From Candidatus Yanofskybacteria bacterium (GTDB taxonomy: Bacteria > Patescibacteriota > Minisyncoccia > 2-02-FULL-40-12 > IGHO2-01-FULL-4-A), in contig JACPNJ010000005.1 of assembly GCA_016185545.1 (NCBI GenBank), forward strand, positions 4,549 to 68,548: 64,000 bases of DNA, written 5' to 3'. Each line of letters begins with the position of its first letter. Position 1 is the stretch's first letter. Position numbers and translations under genes: made by a program. The notes beneath the pieces are model-generated. The model ran no database searches. It was given only the letters and a program-made list of their open reading frames with translations, and was not told the origin of the DNA. Below are positions 46,467 to 56,639 of this stretch, in pieces.

Positions 46467-47455
46467 TTTATCAAATTTGGCGGGGTTCTGCCCTCTAGCG
46501 CCTCTATTATATTTGTCGCGGCAAGTTCTGCCATTTTATTGCGCGTTTCTCGCGTTGCCGAGGCAATGTGCGGCGTCAGAATTATGTTTTCTAACTTTTT
46601 CAATTCCGGCGTAATTTCCGGCTCGTATTCAAAAACATCAATGGCCGCTCCTCTTATTACCCCATTTTTTAATGCCGCCGCAAGCGCTTTTTCGTCAACT
46701 ATCGGCCCACGGGAAGTATTAATCAAATATGCCGACGGTTTCATTTTCTTGAACCGTTCTTCGTTGATAAAATGGCGGGTAGAGTCCAATAACGGCACGT
46801 GGATTGATACAAAATCGCATTGAGGCAATAATTCATCAACATTAGAAACATAAACCGCGCCGTATTCTTTTTCAAAATCAGGATTTTGTTTGGGGTCGTA
46901 ATACAAAACTTTCATGCCGAATCCTTTGACCGCGTGATATGCCACTCGTGAACCGATACGACCAAGACCAAGCACACCGAGAGTTTTGCCGGAAACATCC
47001 GTGCCAAGCAATAATTCTGGCCCCCAAGCCTTATATTTATCGGCGCGCGAGAATCTATCGGCTTCAGCAATGCGATGGGCAATAGAGAGCACTAAAGCAA
47101 AGGTATGTTCGGCTACAGTGTCAGTCAGGACGCCGGGGGTGTTAGTTACCATAACTCCTTTCTGTTTGGCCGCCCCAACATCAACATTATCAAAGCCAAC
47201 CGCGTAATTGGCAATTACTTTTAATGTTGGCAAACCGGCATCAATCACTTCGACGGTAATCTGATCAGTTAGAACCGAAAGCAAGGCATCGAAGGGTTTT
47301 CCTTCGCCCTGAGCTTGTTGAAGAACGGCAATCATTTCTTCCTGGGTTGCCGCCCGCTCCAGTGCCGCTTCGTTTACAACAACTTCGTAGCCCTTATCGT
47401 GCAGAATCTTGAGCCCAGCTTCTGGGATTGGTCTTGTGATAAATATTTTCGGCAT
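46463..47455 (-). CDS. D-isomer-specific 2-hydroxyacid dehydrogenase (glyoxylate/hydroxypyruvate reductase-like)
   Basis: GVLGLGRIGSRVA NAD-binding motif; catalytic R/E/H pattern. Confidence 0.85.
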   Translation of the reverse strand: MPKIFITRPIPEAGLKILHDKGYEVVVNEAALERAATQEEMIAVLQQAQGEGKPFDALLSVLTDQITVEVIDAGLPTLKVIANYAVGFDNVDVGAAKQKGVMVTNTPGVLTDTVAEHTFALVLSIAHRIAEADRFSRADKYKAWGPELLLGTDVSGKTLGVLGLGRIGSRVAYHAVKGFGMKVLYYDPKQNPDFEKEYGAVYVSNVDELLPQCDFVSIHVPLLDSTRHFINEERFKKMKPSAYLINTSRGPIVDEKALAAALKNGVIRGAAIDVFEYEPEITPELKKLENIILTPHIASATRETRNKMAELAATNIIEALEGRTPPNLIK

Positions 47456-47462
47456 ATCTTGA

Positions 47463-47705
47463 TTATAACTTTTTTAAAATTTTATTTAAATCTTTCGCCC
47501 CAACTTCAAGGTCTTCAAAAATCGCTTTGAGAGTTCGCCTGTTGATATCTTTAGCACCGTGATTAGGAATAGTAGTTTGCCGACTGTCTGTGTCGCGTCG
47601 CCAGATTTCGTGGCTACCCTTAGCAGTTCTGGCCAAATAAAAACCAAGATGCTTGGCCACCTTGGCTATTTTTCGGTAGTTAATGGCTGGAAATTCTTTG
47701 CTCAT
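47463..47705 (-). CDS. hicA: type II toxin HicA (mRNA interferase)
   Basis: KHLGFYLARTAKGSHEIWRR..TIPNHG..DINRRTLKAI matches HicA. Confidence 0.75.
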   Translation of the reverse strand: MSKEFPAINYRKIAKVAKHLGFYLARTAKGSHEIWRRDTDSRQTTIPNHGAKDINRRTLKAIFEDLEVGAKDLNKILKKL

Positions 47706-47959
47706 TTGAAAGCCATCGGCAACGGTATGTTAATTCTCGGCTCATCGCTTATCTCAATGCTGGACATATTCTCATTGTGTTCTCTTTTTACTTCTACATG
47801 TTTCTCAATAACATCTTGTAAATTATCTATCGCCTCACCTAAAGTTTTGCCCTCGGCATGGGCACCTTGTACAATATCAGTAAATGCAAAATATCCGCCT
47901 ATCGTCGGTTCAACAGTAATTGGAAAAATCTTGTATTGTGATTTAAAAACTTTTTTCAT
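47702..47959 (-). CDS. hicB: type II antitoxin HicB (UPF0150)
   Basis: YKIFPITVEPTIGGYFAFTDIVQGAHAEGKTLGEAIDNLQDVIE; overlaps hicA by 4 bp. Confidence 0.7.
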   Translation of the reverse strand: MKKVFKSQYKIFPITVEPTIGGYFAFTDIVQGAHAEGKTLGEAIDNLQDVIEKHVEVKREHNENMSSIEISDEPRINIPLPMAFK

Positions 47960-48127
47960 ATCTTTACTTTAAATAATAGCATACGTACCCATTATATTTC
48001 AACTATTGACAAAATACCATATCAAGGCCTTGCAGAATTTGGGGCTTTCGTTGTTGGTCTTGGCGCCCTATTTGCTCTTGAGATAACGGGATCGTTCTTA
48101 ACTAGTCGCTCCAACTAGACACCCGGA

Positions 48128-48160
48128 AAAGACCCCGGACAAGCGTGCAATCAGCACGCT
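48128..48160. terminator. palindromic hairpin downstream of rpiB (gacaagcgtgc..gcacgcttgtc) with a T-run on the + side
   Basis: Perfect 11-bp stem. Confidence 0.5.
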
Positions 48161-48163
48161 TGT

Positions 48164-48604
48164 CTATTTTTCTAAATCTTTTATTTTGCTTACTCTTCTT
48201 ACGTGTCTTTCAGCGTTGGAAAACTTGGTTTCTAAAAATACTTTTACGGTATTTTGGACTCGATTTTCGTCAATATAATCCGCTGATATGGCTAAAACGT
48301 TCAAATCCTCATCGTTCACCGAGGCACGCGCTTGTTCCGGCGTCATTGCGGTTCCAGCACGTATGCCCTTTATTTTATTAGCCGCAATCGCAACTCCGAT
48401 ACCTGAACCGCAAATCAAGATGCCTTTGCTGTCTAGATTGGCAATAACTTTTTCCGCTACCGCTTTGGCGAAATCAGGATAATCATCGTCTTTGTTATAT
48501 TCATGCGCTCCCATATCATCGTACTCAAATTTCCAATCTGAAAGCCAAGATTTAATCTTTTCCTTTAGCTCATATCCGCGATGATCGGCACCTATATATA
48601 TCAT
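48164..48604 (-). CDS. rpiB: ribose-5-phosphate isomerase B
   Basis: ILICGSGIGVAIAANK. Confidence 0.85.
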   Translation of the reverse strand: MIYIGADHRGYELKEKIKSWLSDWKFEYDDMGAHEYNKDDDYPDFAKAVAEKVIANLDSKGILICGSGIGVAIAANKIKGIRAGTAMTPEQARASVNDEDLNVLAISADYIDENRVQNTVKVFLETKFSNAERHVRRVSKIKDLEK

Positions 48605-48677
48605 TTTAATTTATTTAAGCGCCATAAAGCCACGGTAAACTTTTAGTTGGTGGCTTATAGCTTATAATTATTATATC

Positions 48678-50093
48678 ATGAATCTTATGAAAAAACATAT
48701 ACTGTTGATTATAATTATTGTTGCCAGTTTGGCAACGCATTTTTTGTTTTTCGGACAGCCGCGTGAAACGGTTTTTGATGAAGTACATTTCGGTAAATTC
48801 ATTTCGGGATATTTTACTCATGAGTATTTTTTTGACATTCATCCGCCGCTTGGCAAATTGATAATCTCCGGCATGGGTTATGCTGCTGATTTTGAACCGG
48901 GTTTTAATTTCGCCGAAATCGGCCAAAAATTCCCTGATAACGCATATATGTGGTTGCGGCTCTTGCCGACAATCGCCGGCACGCTTCTGCCAATTGTTAT
49001 TTATTTTTTAATTCTTGAATTAGGCATGTCGCGCCTAGCGGCATTCGCCGGCGGAATGCTAGTTATCCTTGAAAATGCTCTTTTGGTCCAATCACGTATT
49101 ATTTTACTTGACTCATTTTTGCTTTTATTCGGCTTTTTAGCTTTTCTTTTTTATCTTCTTCACCGTCATATTGCACGACATCGCATGTCGTGCAATTGGG
49201 TATATTTGCTTTTAAGCGGGATTTTTGGCGCATTGGCGGTTTCAGTCAAATGGACTGGCGCCACATTCTTAGCAATTATCGTAATCTTATACTTCATTGA
49301 TTTGCTTAAATCACAACAAAAACTCAAGGTCATGGTACGAGATTTAGGTTTTCTTGTTATTTTGCCGCTTATCATCTATTTTTCCGTTTTCGCTTTGCAT
49401 TTTTCTCTTTTATCAAAATCCGGTCCCGGTGATGCCTTTATGAGTCCCGAGTTCCGCAAAACCCTTGTTGGCAGTGCTGACAGCGCCAATGCTGATTTGA
49501 GACCACTCAATGTTTTCCAGAAATTCAACGAGTTAAATCTTCAAATGTATAAATCAAATGCCACGTTAACAGCCGGCCATCCCTATTCCAGCAAATGGTA
49601 CACCTGGCCATTTATGATTAGGCCGATATATTATTGGAACGATTCTGCAAGCGAGCAGCAGTCACGCATATATTTTTTAGGTAATCCGGTTATCTGGTGG
49701 ATATCAACAGCGGCTATATTTTATTTGCTCTTAAACGCCGCGTATTCAATATTTCGACTTGCGATTTTGAAAGTATTAAAAAAATTCCATGATTTTTCGA
49801 ATTACAAGATTAAGACATTATCGGTCTTGCTAGTCGGAGTATATCTGTTTAATCTTTTGCCATTCATCAGTATCAAACGAGCCATGTTTTTATATCACTA
49901 TATGGTTGGTTTGATTTTTGCCATAATCACTTTGGTTTATCTGATAGATCAAACTAAAAATAAAAAAAGGATCTTTATGATCCTTTTGGCTGCAAGTTTT
50001 GCCGCATTTATTTTTTTCGCCCCTCTTTCTTACGGCCTACCGCTTACTGAAAGAGCTTACAATTTCCGTGTCTGGTTACCAACCTGGTTATAA
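48678..50093 (+). CDS. GT39/PMT-like dolichyl-phosphate-mannose protein mannosyltransferase family membrane protein
   Basis: TVFDEVHFGKF..HPPLGK loop-1 motif; polytopic. Confidence 0.7.
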   Translation: MNLMKKHILLIIIIVASLATHFLFFGQPRETVFDEVHFGKFISGYFTHEYFFDIHPPLGKLIISGMGYAADFEPGFNFAEIGQKFPDNAYMWLRLLPTIAGTLLPIVIYFLILELGMSRLAAFAGGMLVILENALLVQSRIILLDSFLLLFGFLAFLFYLLHRHIARHRMSCNWVYLLLSGIFGALAVSVKWTGATFLAIIVILYFIDLLKSQQKLKVMVRDLGFLVILPLIIYFSVFALHFSLLSKSGPGDAFMSPEFRKTLVGSADSANADLRPLNVFQKFNELNLQMYKSNATLTAGHPYSSKWYTWPFMIRPIYYWNDSASEQQSRIYFLGNPVIWWISTAAIFYLLLNAAYSIFRLAILKVLKKFHDFSNYKIKTLSVLLVGVYLFNLLPFISIKRAMFLYHYMVGLIFAIITLVYLIDQTKNKKRIFMILLAASFAAFIFFAPLSYGLPLTERAYNFRVWLPTWL

Positions 50094-50125
50094 TATGATA
50101 ATTTTCTATATCTCATAATTTGCCT

Positions 50126-50671
50126 CTATTTATGAGGTACAGAAACCGGTACTGGCACAAGTTCATTTGATTGGCTGGAAGGATTTTTCAGCCAATTTTT
50201 AATTTTTTGCCAGACTTGAGACTTTTTAAACGGCGGCTGGTCAATAGAAATAAAACATGCCCATGCCCACATAAGTATATGAGAAGCGAATATGAGTACG
50301 GTTTTATTGGAGTACATGTACATAAAAAACACAAAGAGGCTCAAGAATAACCACCACAGCCGTTGCATAAGCATCTCTATATGCAAAACTGCACTCTTTA
50401 CGCCCTCGTGTCTTTCAACAAGTAATCGCTTTTTATAACTTGCGGTGAGCTTAAAAAATACAGTAAAAAGAATCAACGGCATTATTATGAAATATTTAAC
50501 ACCGCTAAAAATTAAAAAATGTAGAAAAGATTCCAATTGAGACAACCCGAGCATTAATATGGCCAAAAAGAAATTATCCAAACCGGTTAACCAGTTAAAA
50601 TCTTTGGCTATTTTGTTGAAGAACTTGAGCATTTGCTTATCAATCCATAAAATCAATAAAATCAAACGCAT
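50126..50671 (-). CDS. hypothetical membrane protein
   Basis: Several TM helices; no recognised motif. Confidence 0.35.
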   Translation of the reverse strand: MRLILLILWIDKQMLKFFNKIAKDFNWLTGLDNFFLAILMLGLSQLESFLHFLIFSGVKYFIIMPLILFTVFFKLTASYKKRLLVERHEGVKSAVLHIEMLMQRLWWLFLSLFVFFMYMYSNKTVLIFASHILMWAWACFISIDQPPFKKSQVWQKIKNWLKNPSSQSNELVPVPVSVPHK

Positions 50672-50705
50672 ATACGCCTCCTAAATATATTTCACGGGTT
50701 ATTTT

Positions 50706-51323
50706 TTAAAAATCTATAACTTTTGCTTTTTTATAATACTCCTCCAATACCTCCCAATTCAGATTTTTCCAAAACACAGCAATGTATGCCTTGCGGTCAC
50801 TGCCGTGATCTATGAAATATGCATGCTCATAGACATCAAGCGCAATTATCGGAATACAACCCCAAACGGCATGGTCGTGAGTATCGCCGTTGTATTGTTT
50901 GAGTCGCTTCTCATGCAGGTCCCAGGCCAGCACCGTCCAGCCACGAGCGGCCATGGCGCATTCGCCGAAGTATTTCTGGAAATTCTCCGCCGAGCCCCAT
51001 TTCTCTGATATTGCCGCCGCGAGCTCGGGCGCTTTTTTATAATCCCCATCTCCGCCAAGTGCGCCAAAAAACCATTCATGCAAATAAACACCATTTACAG
51101 CAAATGTCTCGCCGAGTTTCAATGCGCGGAGCTTGCTATAAGTCGTATTCCCGCCGGGCGCAGTACCGGCAATAATTTCATTCCGTAGCTTCCCGAGTTC
51201 ATCTCCTATCTCATTGGCTTTATCAACATAGCCCTTATAGAGCTTACCGTGGTGGATTTCGTTAGTTTTTGTGGATATGCCATCTAATTCTTTATCAAAC
51301 GGCAATGGTTTGAGTTCGTACAC
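50706..51323 (-). CDS. sod: Fe/Mn superoxide dismutase
   Basis: HHGKLY, ALDVYEHAYF. Confidence 0.9.
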   Translation of the reverse strand: MYELKPLPFDKELDGISTKTNEIHHGKLYKGYVDKANEIGDELGKLRNEIIAGTAPGGNTTYSKLRALKLGETFAVNGVYLHEWFFGALGGDGDYKKAPELAAAISEKWGSAENFQKYFGECAMAARGWTVLAWDLHEKRLKQYNGDTHDHAVWGCIPIIALDVYEHAYFIDHGSDRKAYIAVFWKNLNWEVLEEYYKKAKVIDF

Positions 51324-51324
51324 A

Positions 51325-51395
51325 GGTTATAGGTTATAGGTTATAGGTTATAGCTTTATTGCATCTATAATCTATAAGCTATTACCTATCAGCTA
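51325..51395. repeat. Two heptamer arrays (ggttata x4; ctatNNN x5) between sod and grx
   Basis: Read directly from the sequence. Confidence 0.85.
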
Positions 51396-51400
51396 TCACC

Positions 51401-51637
51401 TCATTTAATTCCCAGCAGTTGGTCAATCTTCCCGCGGTCAAAACCAATAACAATCTGACCGTCTATCATAATAACCGGTACGCCCATCTGATGGGTCTTG
51501 TCTATCATTTCTTGGCGCTTGATCGGATCCTCTGCCACATCATGCTCGGTATACTCCACATCATTCTTCTTGAAGTATTCCTTAACCATCTTGCAATATG
51601 CGCACCATGGGGTTGTATAAATTTCTACTTTTGCCAT
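51401..51637 (-). CDS. glutaredoxin-like protein (CxxC)
   Basis: MAKVEIYTTPWCAYCKMVKEYF; the start is probably the internal ATG. Confidence 0.7.
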   Translation of the reverse strand: MAKVEIYTTPWCAYCKMVKEYFKKNDVEYTEHDVAEDPIKRQEMIDKTHQMGVPVIMIDGQIVIGFDRGKIDQLLGIK

Positions 51638-51706
51638 AAAGCTATCATAACACAAAAATAATCCACAGCAAATTTGATTTAAAAAATCGAGCGTTTGCTC
51701 GATTAA

Positions 51707-51919
51707 TTAACGGCCCTTCATTCTTTTGAAGGCATAAAAACCAATATATGTACCAAATGACACAAATAAAGCACTGCCCAAAAGAGTAACCGCAATCATC
51801 AGAAAAGAAATATCAACTAAAGAAAAATCATTGTAAATGCTTTTGAGCAATAATATTCCTAAAATACCAGACAAAAAAGCAAGAAACAGTAAAAACAGGT
51901 TTAGAATATGCTTCTTCAT
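51707..51919 (-). CDS. small two-TM membrane protein
   Basis: RBS aaaggagga; preceded by the cccgttagaagt palindromic leader motif. Confidence 0.4.
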   Translation of the reverse strand: MKKHILNLFLLFLAFLSGILGILLLKSIYNDFSLVDISFLMIAVTLLGSALFVSFGTYIGFYAFKRMKGR

Positions 51920-52039
51920 TTCGTCCTCCTTTCATCCCGTTAGAAGTCGCTACTTCGTAGTCTTATACACAGGTTACAACTACACAACAAGACCTTAAAT
52001 TATCTTCTAGCTATGACCGCGAATCCGCTAGGACGACTT

Positions 52040-52840
52040 CTAACGGGATTCATAATCTTCGTAAAAAATTTCTCTAATCTCGTGTCTGTTACTAATTACG
52101 GTAACAAATCCGAATAATTTTGCTGTATAGATATATTCAGCCCAAATATAATCTACGGCAAAACGTCCCTCAATTAACTTAGCGGTAGCAACAAAATTAA
52201 GTTTAAATAGCCGGGCACTACCAATAATTTTAGAAATGCTGGCTTCTGATAATAGGTGGCCGGCAATTTTTTTAAAACTTAAGCCGTTTTGACTAATCCA
52301 TATTTCCCCGGCCATTCGATTAAAAGCTCCGTCTTTATCGTTCAATTCCGAGAGTTTTTCCCTGGGACGGCCGTATGTCGGGCTAGCCTTGGGTCTGAAA
52401 TTAAAAACCCAACATCTCGTCCCTTCCAGATTTTCGTTTCTCGCAAAGACAAAATCGTACCTTTCCAAAAGTTCAACACCAATGCTGATAATTTCATCCT
52501 TTTTCTTAAATCTGGAATTGGTTACGGTCAGTCCATCTTTTTCTGTCAGTTTTTTATAAAGTTCGCCATTCTTTTTTTCAACCCAAAAACGTTCTTCTTT
52601 AATTTCAGAAATTACACCATTTTTTAAGGTTTTGGTTATCAACCGTTCGCGGTGAATATAATTATCACCGATATAGAGGGAATCGGCTTCTGACTTCTCA
52701 ATGAATTTAGCTACTATTTCATTAAAATCAGGTTCTTTTTGCGCATATGCAGGGCGAGTGATTGTGAAACACAAAAAATATATGGCAATACTTATGCCAA
52801 ATTTGGTCATTTTCACCCGGCCCTCCTTTTTAATGTTCAA
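52040..52840 (-). CDS. secreted hypothetical protein
   Basis: Signal peptide; its stop codon lies inside the tcccgttagaag motif. Confidence 0.4.
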   Translation of the reverse strand: MNIKKEGRVKMTKFGISIAIYFLCFTITRPAYAQKEPDFNEIVAKFIEKSEADSLYIGDNYIHRERLITKTLKNGVISEIKEERFWVEKKNGELYKKLTEKDGLTVTNSRFKKKDEIISIGVELLERYDFVFARNENLEGTRCWVFNFRPKASPTYGRPREKLSELNDKDGAFNRMAGEIWISQNGLSFKKIAGHLLSEASISKIIGSARLFKLNFVATAKLIEGRFAVDYIWAEYIYTAKLFGFVTVISNRHEIREIFYEDYESR

Positions 52841-52876
52841 AAGTCACAAACTAATTAATAACAATAAATTATTAGA

Positions 52877-53305
52877 TTGTCAATTAAAAATGCCGATAAA
52901 ATTGGGGGTATAATTAAAGGGGTGGGATTTATTCTTAAATTTTTACTTATTTTTTTAGTGATCGCTATTGCGGGTGGTTTTTTGATAAACCAAATTCCAT
53001 CTTGGAAACAGCGGGTAATAGAAGTTGTAAATCCGGCTGCAAAAGAGGCACGTCTTTTGGGAGAACTTACAGCCAGTTTAGAGGAACTTGATAAAAATAT
53101 CGGCGATGGTGAGAATAAGGGCGTACTGGATAAATCTCGGGGCATTTTGCAAAACATTACTGATTTGAACCAGAAAAATTCTGGTATAATCAGACAGCAA
53201 GTTGGTAAGATTATAGATGCGCTTATTGACCGCACACCATATCCGGCAGATCATTTACGGACACCTCCAATAAATACACCGGCCATCTGTGAACCAGCAA
53301 AATAG
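52877..53305 (+). CDS. hypothetical membrane-anchored protein
   Basis: N-terminal TM helix. Confidence 0.35.
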   Translation: MSIKNADKIGGIIKGVGFILKFLLIFLVIAIAGGFLINQIPSWKQRVIEVVNPAAKEARLLGELTASLEELDKNIGDGENKGVLDKSRGILQNITDLNQKNSGIIRQQVGKIIDALIDRTPYPADHLRTPPINTPAICEPAK

Positions 53306-53375
53306 AACCCTGAAACATGAATACAAAAAAAAGCAAGCCCATAAGAGAGCCTGCTTTTTTTTGAGTAGCTGATAA

Positions 53376-53714
53376 TTAGTAATCCCTGCCACCACCACCG
53401 TAACCGCCTCGGCCACCGCTGTAGCCGCCACGGCCACCAAACCCGCCGGTGCGCGGAGCGCGCGGCGCCATCGGTCTGGCTTCATTTACGACAATCTGTC
53501 TGCCGTCCAAATCTTGGCCATTGAACATTTCAACAGCTTTGGCGGCTTCTTCATCCGTGGACATTTCCACGAAACCGAAGCCCTTGGAACGACCGGACAT
53601 CTTGTCGGTGATAACCATCGCTGATTCTACCGTTCCGGCTTGGGAAAAGTGCTGTTTCAGCTGGTCATCAGTCGTGTTGTAGGACAAACTGCCTACATAT
53701 AACTTCTTAGCCAT
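53376..53714 (-). CDS. RRM-type RNA-binding protein with glycine-rich tail
   Basis: MAKKLYVGSLSYNTTDDQL (RNP2), KGFGFVEM (RNP1), RGG/GGY tail. The six-frame ORF starts at 53753, but the conserved start is the 53714 ATG. Confidence 0.85.
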   Translation of the reverse strand: MAKKLYVGSLSYNTTDDQLKQHFSQAGTVESAMVITDKMSGRSKGFGFVEMSTDEEAAKAVEMFNGQDLDGRQIVVNEARPMAPRAPRTGGFGGRGGYSGGRGGYGGGGRDY

Positions 53715-53739
53715 TTCACCGCGAAATATGTGCGCTTTC

Positions 53740-53905
53740 GTTGTGAAGCCCAAAATTGTTTAGGGCTTTGCGCAACTCAAGCCACGAGGGTTTGCCCAAT
53801 TTCTTCGTTGGGTGTTCCGGTACTCCCTCAACGTAGTTTTACTACGCCTCGGTTCGTTCCTCATACCCGCCTCGAACTTGGCCAAACGCACAAATTTCGT
53901 AAATT
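53740..53905 (-). promoter_or_regulatory. structured leader motif, copy 2 (5' leader of the RRM protein gene)
   Basis: Reverse complement matches 32727-32895. Confidence 0.45.
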
Positions 53906-54040
53906 TTTGTAGGAAGACCTATTCTCGAGATCCGCTTAGCTTATGGAGAACACTAGGTTTCCTACGGCTAAATGGCTAACACTGAGAACACACACCTACA
54001 ATAGATTAAGTGTAACAAAATGCTATTTTGAAGTCAAATT

Positions 54041-54226
54041 TTAACTTAGCCCGAAAAAATGCTTTATTCTTAATTTCGTCCTGTTCCACCATGGCCATTT
54101 GTCACCGAAAAGCATGTCAACACCGATTAACAACAAAACTGAACCGGGTGTAAACGGGGTTAATAAAATTATGAAGCCTAAAATTATAAAAATTGTTCCC
54201 CAGAATTTTCTATGGCGTTTAATCAT
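54041..54226 (-). CDS. small membrane protein
   Basis: Two TM helices. Confidence 0.3.
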   Translation of the reverse strand: MIKRHRKFWGTIFIILGFIILLTPFTPGSVLLLIGVDMLFGDKWPWWNRTKLRIKHFFGLS

Positions 54227-54244
54227 TGAGATGGTTTCAAAACC

Positions 54245-55093
54245 CTAATTTACGCAGGCATTAAAAATTTTCACTTGGTCATTATATTGGGAAACTAGGT
54301 TTTTAAGCTGGGCGATCAGGTCGTTGATTTGAACAACGATGGCATTGTATTCAGCTACTTTTTGATTGTACTGCTCGCGATTCACCCTTCCCTTTAATTG
54401 TTCAAGCTCGGTTAAAATGGTATCTGCCTGAACTTTTAATTCCGCGATTTGCAATTCAAGTGTGTTTATTTGACCCTTAAGCGTTTCATTCGTCTGCGGG
54501 CAAGCCGATAACGGCAATGCAAATGCCTGCACGGCCAACCATGTTTGCCGACCATCAAAAGTTCCCCTTGCCACAGCAACCCCAATTTCACGAAAACGCG
54601 AATTCAAAATGTTAGCCCGATGGCCGGGGCTATCCATCCACGCCTGCACCAACGCCTGGTCATTCTCATAATTGCCAAGCGCAAGATTTTCACCCACCGC
54701 AATGAATTGGTAGCCAACGCCGTCAAGCAGGGTACTGATATTGCCACCGGTCGGTGAAATATGCTCAAAATATTGGCGGGCAAACATATCTTGCACTTTG
54801 AGCCGCGCTGCAGTATTTAACTGCGGGTCTTCTACAAGAGTCGGCAAACCGGCGTTGGCACGGTGTATATTGGTCCACTTCATCACGCCGCCGCGCGTCA
54901 GATATGCCTCCTTCGACTCCCGCATTGCCCGAAGCGGTGGCGGGGTCAGGATTTCTTTTTTAACGTTTTCCAATACGATATCGGCTGATTCTGTTATATC
55001 GGATAATCGGGAAGCTAATTTATCCCTGACCAAAAACAAACCGACCATGGCAATGGCTATGACCGTAATTGAAATTGTGAGTTTTTTATTCAA
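54245..55093 (-). CDS. CAP (SCP/PR-1) domain protein with C-terminal coiled coil
   Basis: GHRANIL, YFEHISP; N-terminal TM helix. Confidence 0.65.
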   Translation of the reverse strand: MNKKLTISITVIAIAMVGLFLVRDKLASRLSDITESADIVLENVKKEILTPPPLRAMRESKEAYLTRGGVMKWTNIHRANAGLPTLVEDPQLNTAARLKVQDMFARQYFEHISPTGGNISTLLDGVGYQFIAVGENLALGNYENDQALVQAWMDSPGHRANILNSRFREIGVAVARGTFDGRQTWLAVQAFALPLSACPQTNETLKGQINTLELQIAELKVQADTILTELEQLKGRVNREQYNQKVAEYNAIVVQINDLIAQLKNLVSQYNDQVKIFNACVN

Positions 55094-55125
55094 ACCTTTA
55101 TTATAGCAAATAAAAAAAGAGGGTA

Positions 55126-55830
55126 TTAATCCTCTCCTAGAATTTTCAAAATATAATCTCTCTCCACTATTAATTCCTCCGGTTTTAAAACCCCCTCAAC
55201 GATAATCGGCACATTGGGATCGCGTATGCTTTTTATGATTTCCGCCTGCTGGGTTTGAAATAACGGCTCATGATAACCAGTGTAGCCGCTTAAATGTACC
55301 TGGGCTATTTTATCGCCGAGTTTTTCATAAAATTCGGCGGTTAGAGTTATGCTTGGGTCGTTGGTATAGGCGTGGTTTACATCCAAAACCATCTTAAAAT
55401 CTTCAAACTGCCCGGCTAATTCGGCTATATCCTCAACTGATTTGAATGTTTTCTTCCGCTTGTCCATATTTTCAAAAGCGACAGGAAATGAAGGGCAGGT
55501 TTCAAAAACGGAAAAGTCCTCAACTGTATCCGGATGAAAAACAACGAGGTCAAATGGTCTTATTCGATGTACTCTGGCTATTTTTATAAATATTAAATCC
55601 GTTTGGACATTGTAGCCGTATTCGGCTACAGGCGCGTGCAAGCTCACATAATCAAAACCGCTCAAATCATTCCAACCGATACGGGTTATTTCTCGTTCAA
55701 AAACATTCAATTTCACTAAACCAAGTTCAACAACAGATTGTCCCGAATCACGCAAAAAGCTTAAACGGTCTTTTTCATCCGCAATAGATTTATAAAGACA
55801 ACCAGTTGAAAATCCCAATCTTATACCCAT
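55126..55830 (-). CDS. hypothetical protein (possible TIM-barrel sugar-phosphate isomerase/epimerase-like)
   Basis: Weak resemblance only. Confidence 0.3.
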   Translation of the reverse strand: MGIRLGFSTGCLYKSIADEKDRLSFLRDSGQSVVELGLVKLNVFEREITRIGWNDLSGFDYVSLHAPVAEYGYNVQTDLIFIKIARVHRIRPFDLVVFHPDTVEDFSVFETCPSFPVAFENMDKRKKTFKSVEDIAELAGQFEDFKMVLDVNHAYTNDPSITLTAEFYEKLGDKIAQVHLSGYTGYHEPLFQTQQAEIIKSIRDPNVPIIVEGVLKPEELIVERDYILKILGED

Positions 55831-55911
55831 TCAAACCTACTTTTTAATTTTCAAGTTGCCAATTGGTAAAGTATAAAATATTACTGGCTAAATGTCAAAT
55901 AGAGTACAGGT

Positions 55912-56133
55912 TCAGCGGTTTATCCTGATAATTTTATTACGCGAGATGTGGCCGGATACAATGGCGACATCCGATGGCATTACGCCAAAATATCCGGCAA
56001 GCAGTTTGATGATGGCGGCATTGGCCCTACCCTGAACCGGGGGCTCTTTGACGGACACGGCAAAATGTTCGTCATCAAGTTTTTCAATTTTATTTTCTTT
56101 GGCGCCAGGTTTCGCTTTTAGGTTAATTAACAT
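55912..56133 (-). CDS. DUF167/YggU family protein
   Basis: Length and VSVKEPPVQGRANAAIIKLLAGYFGV pattern. Confidence 0.55.
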   Translation of the reverse strand: MLINLKAKPGAKENKIEKLDDEHFAVSVKEPPVQGRANAAIIKLLAGYFGVMPSDVAIVSGHISRNKIIRINR

Positions 56134-56136
56134 GCG

Positions 56137-56544
56137 TTATTCCGTAGTTTTACCGTCAAAATGCTCTTCCGCATCGGCCATAGCATCCGCCTTAGTGGTA
56201 TGAATTATAGCGTCTTGATGATTGGGCGGGGAATAAATGGTATAGAGTTTCATATCCTCGGTTTCCGAGGTATTGATGATATTATGCTCAGTACCGGCTG
56301 GCACTACAATGGCGGAACCGTCACCTATCTCATGCTCTTCGCCATTCAGCACGGTCTTGCCGCTCCCCTTCTCCACGCGAATAAATTGATCCAACTGGTG
56401 AACTTCTGTGCCGATATCTTCTTTCGGCTTCAAACTCATCAAAACTAATTGGCTATTCTTGGCCGTATACAATACTTTCCTAAAATTACCATTCTCCAAC
56501 GTATCTTTTTCTATGTTTGTTACGTATGCCATAATGTTTATCAC
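56137..56544 (-). CDS. cupin domain protein
   Basis: VHQLDQFIRVEKGSGKTVLNGEEHEIGDGSAIVVPAGTEHNIIN cupin motif. Confidence 0.6.
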   Translation of the reverse strand: MINIMAYVTNIEKDTLENGNFRKVLYTAKNSQLVLMSLKPKEDIGTEVHQLDQFIRVEKGSGKTVLNGEEHEIGDGSAIVVPAGTEHNIINTSETEDMKLYTIYSPPNHQDAIIHTTKADAMADAEEHFDGKTTE

Positions 56545-56639
56545 CGCATCGTTAGATTAAAACGATCCGGCGAATTTAAAATTATTATTCTAATTATAAT
56601 ACAATTTATATAATTTTCCAAACAATACGATTAGGGGTC

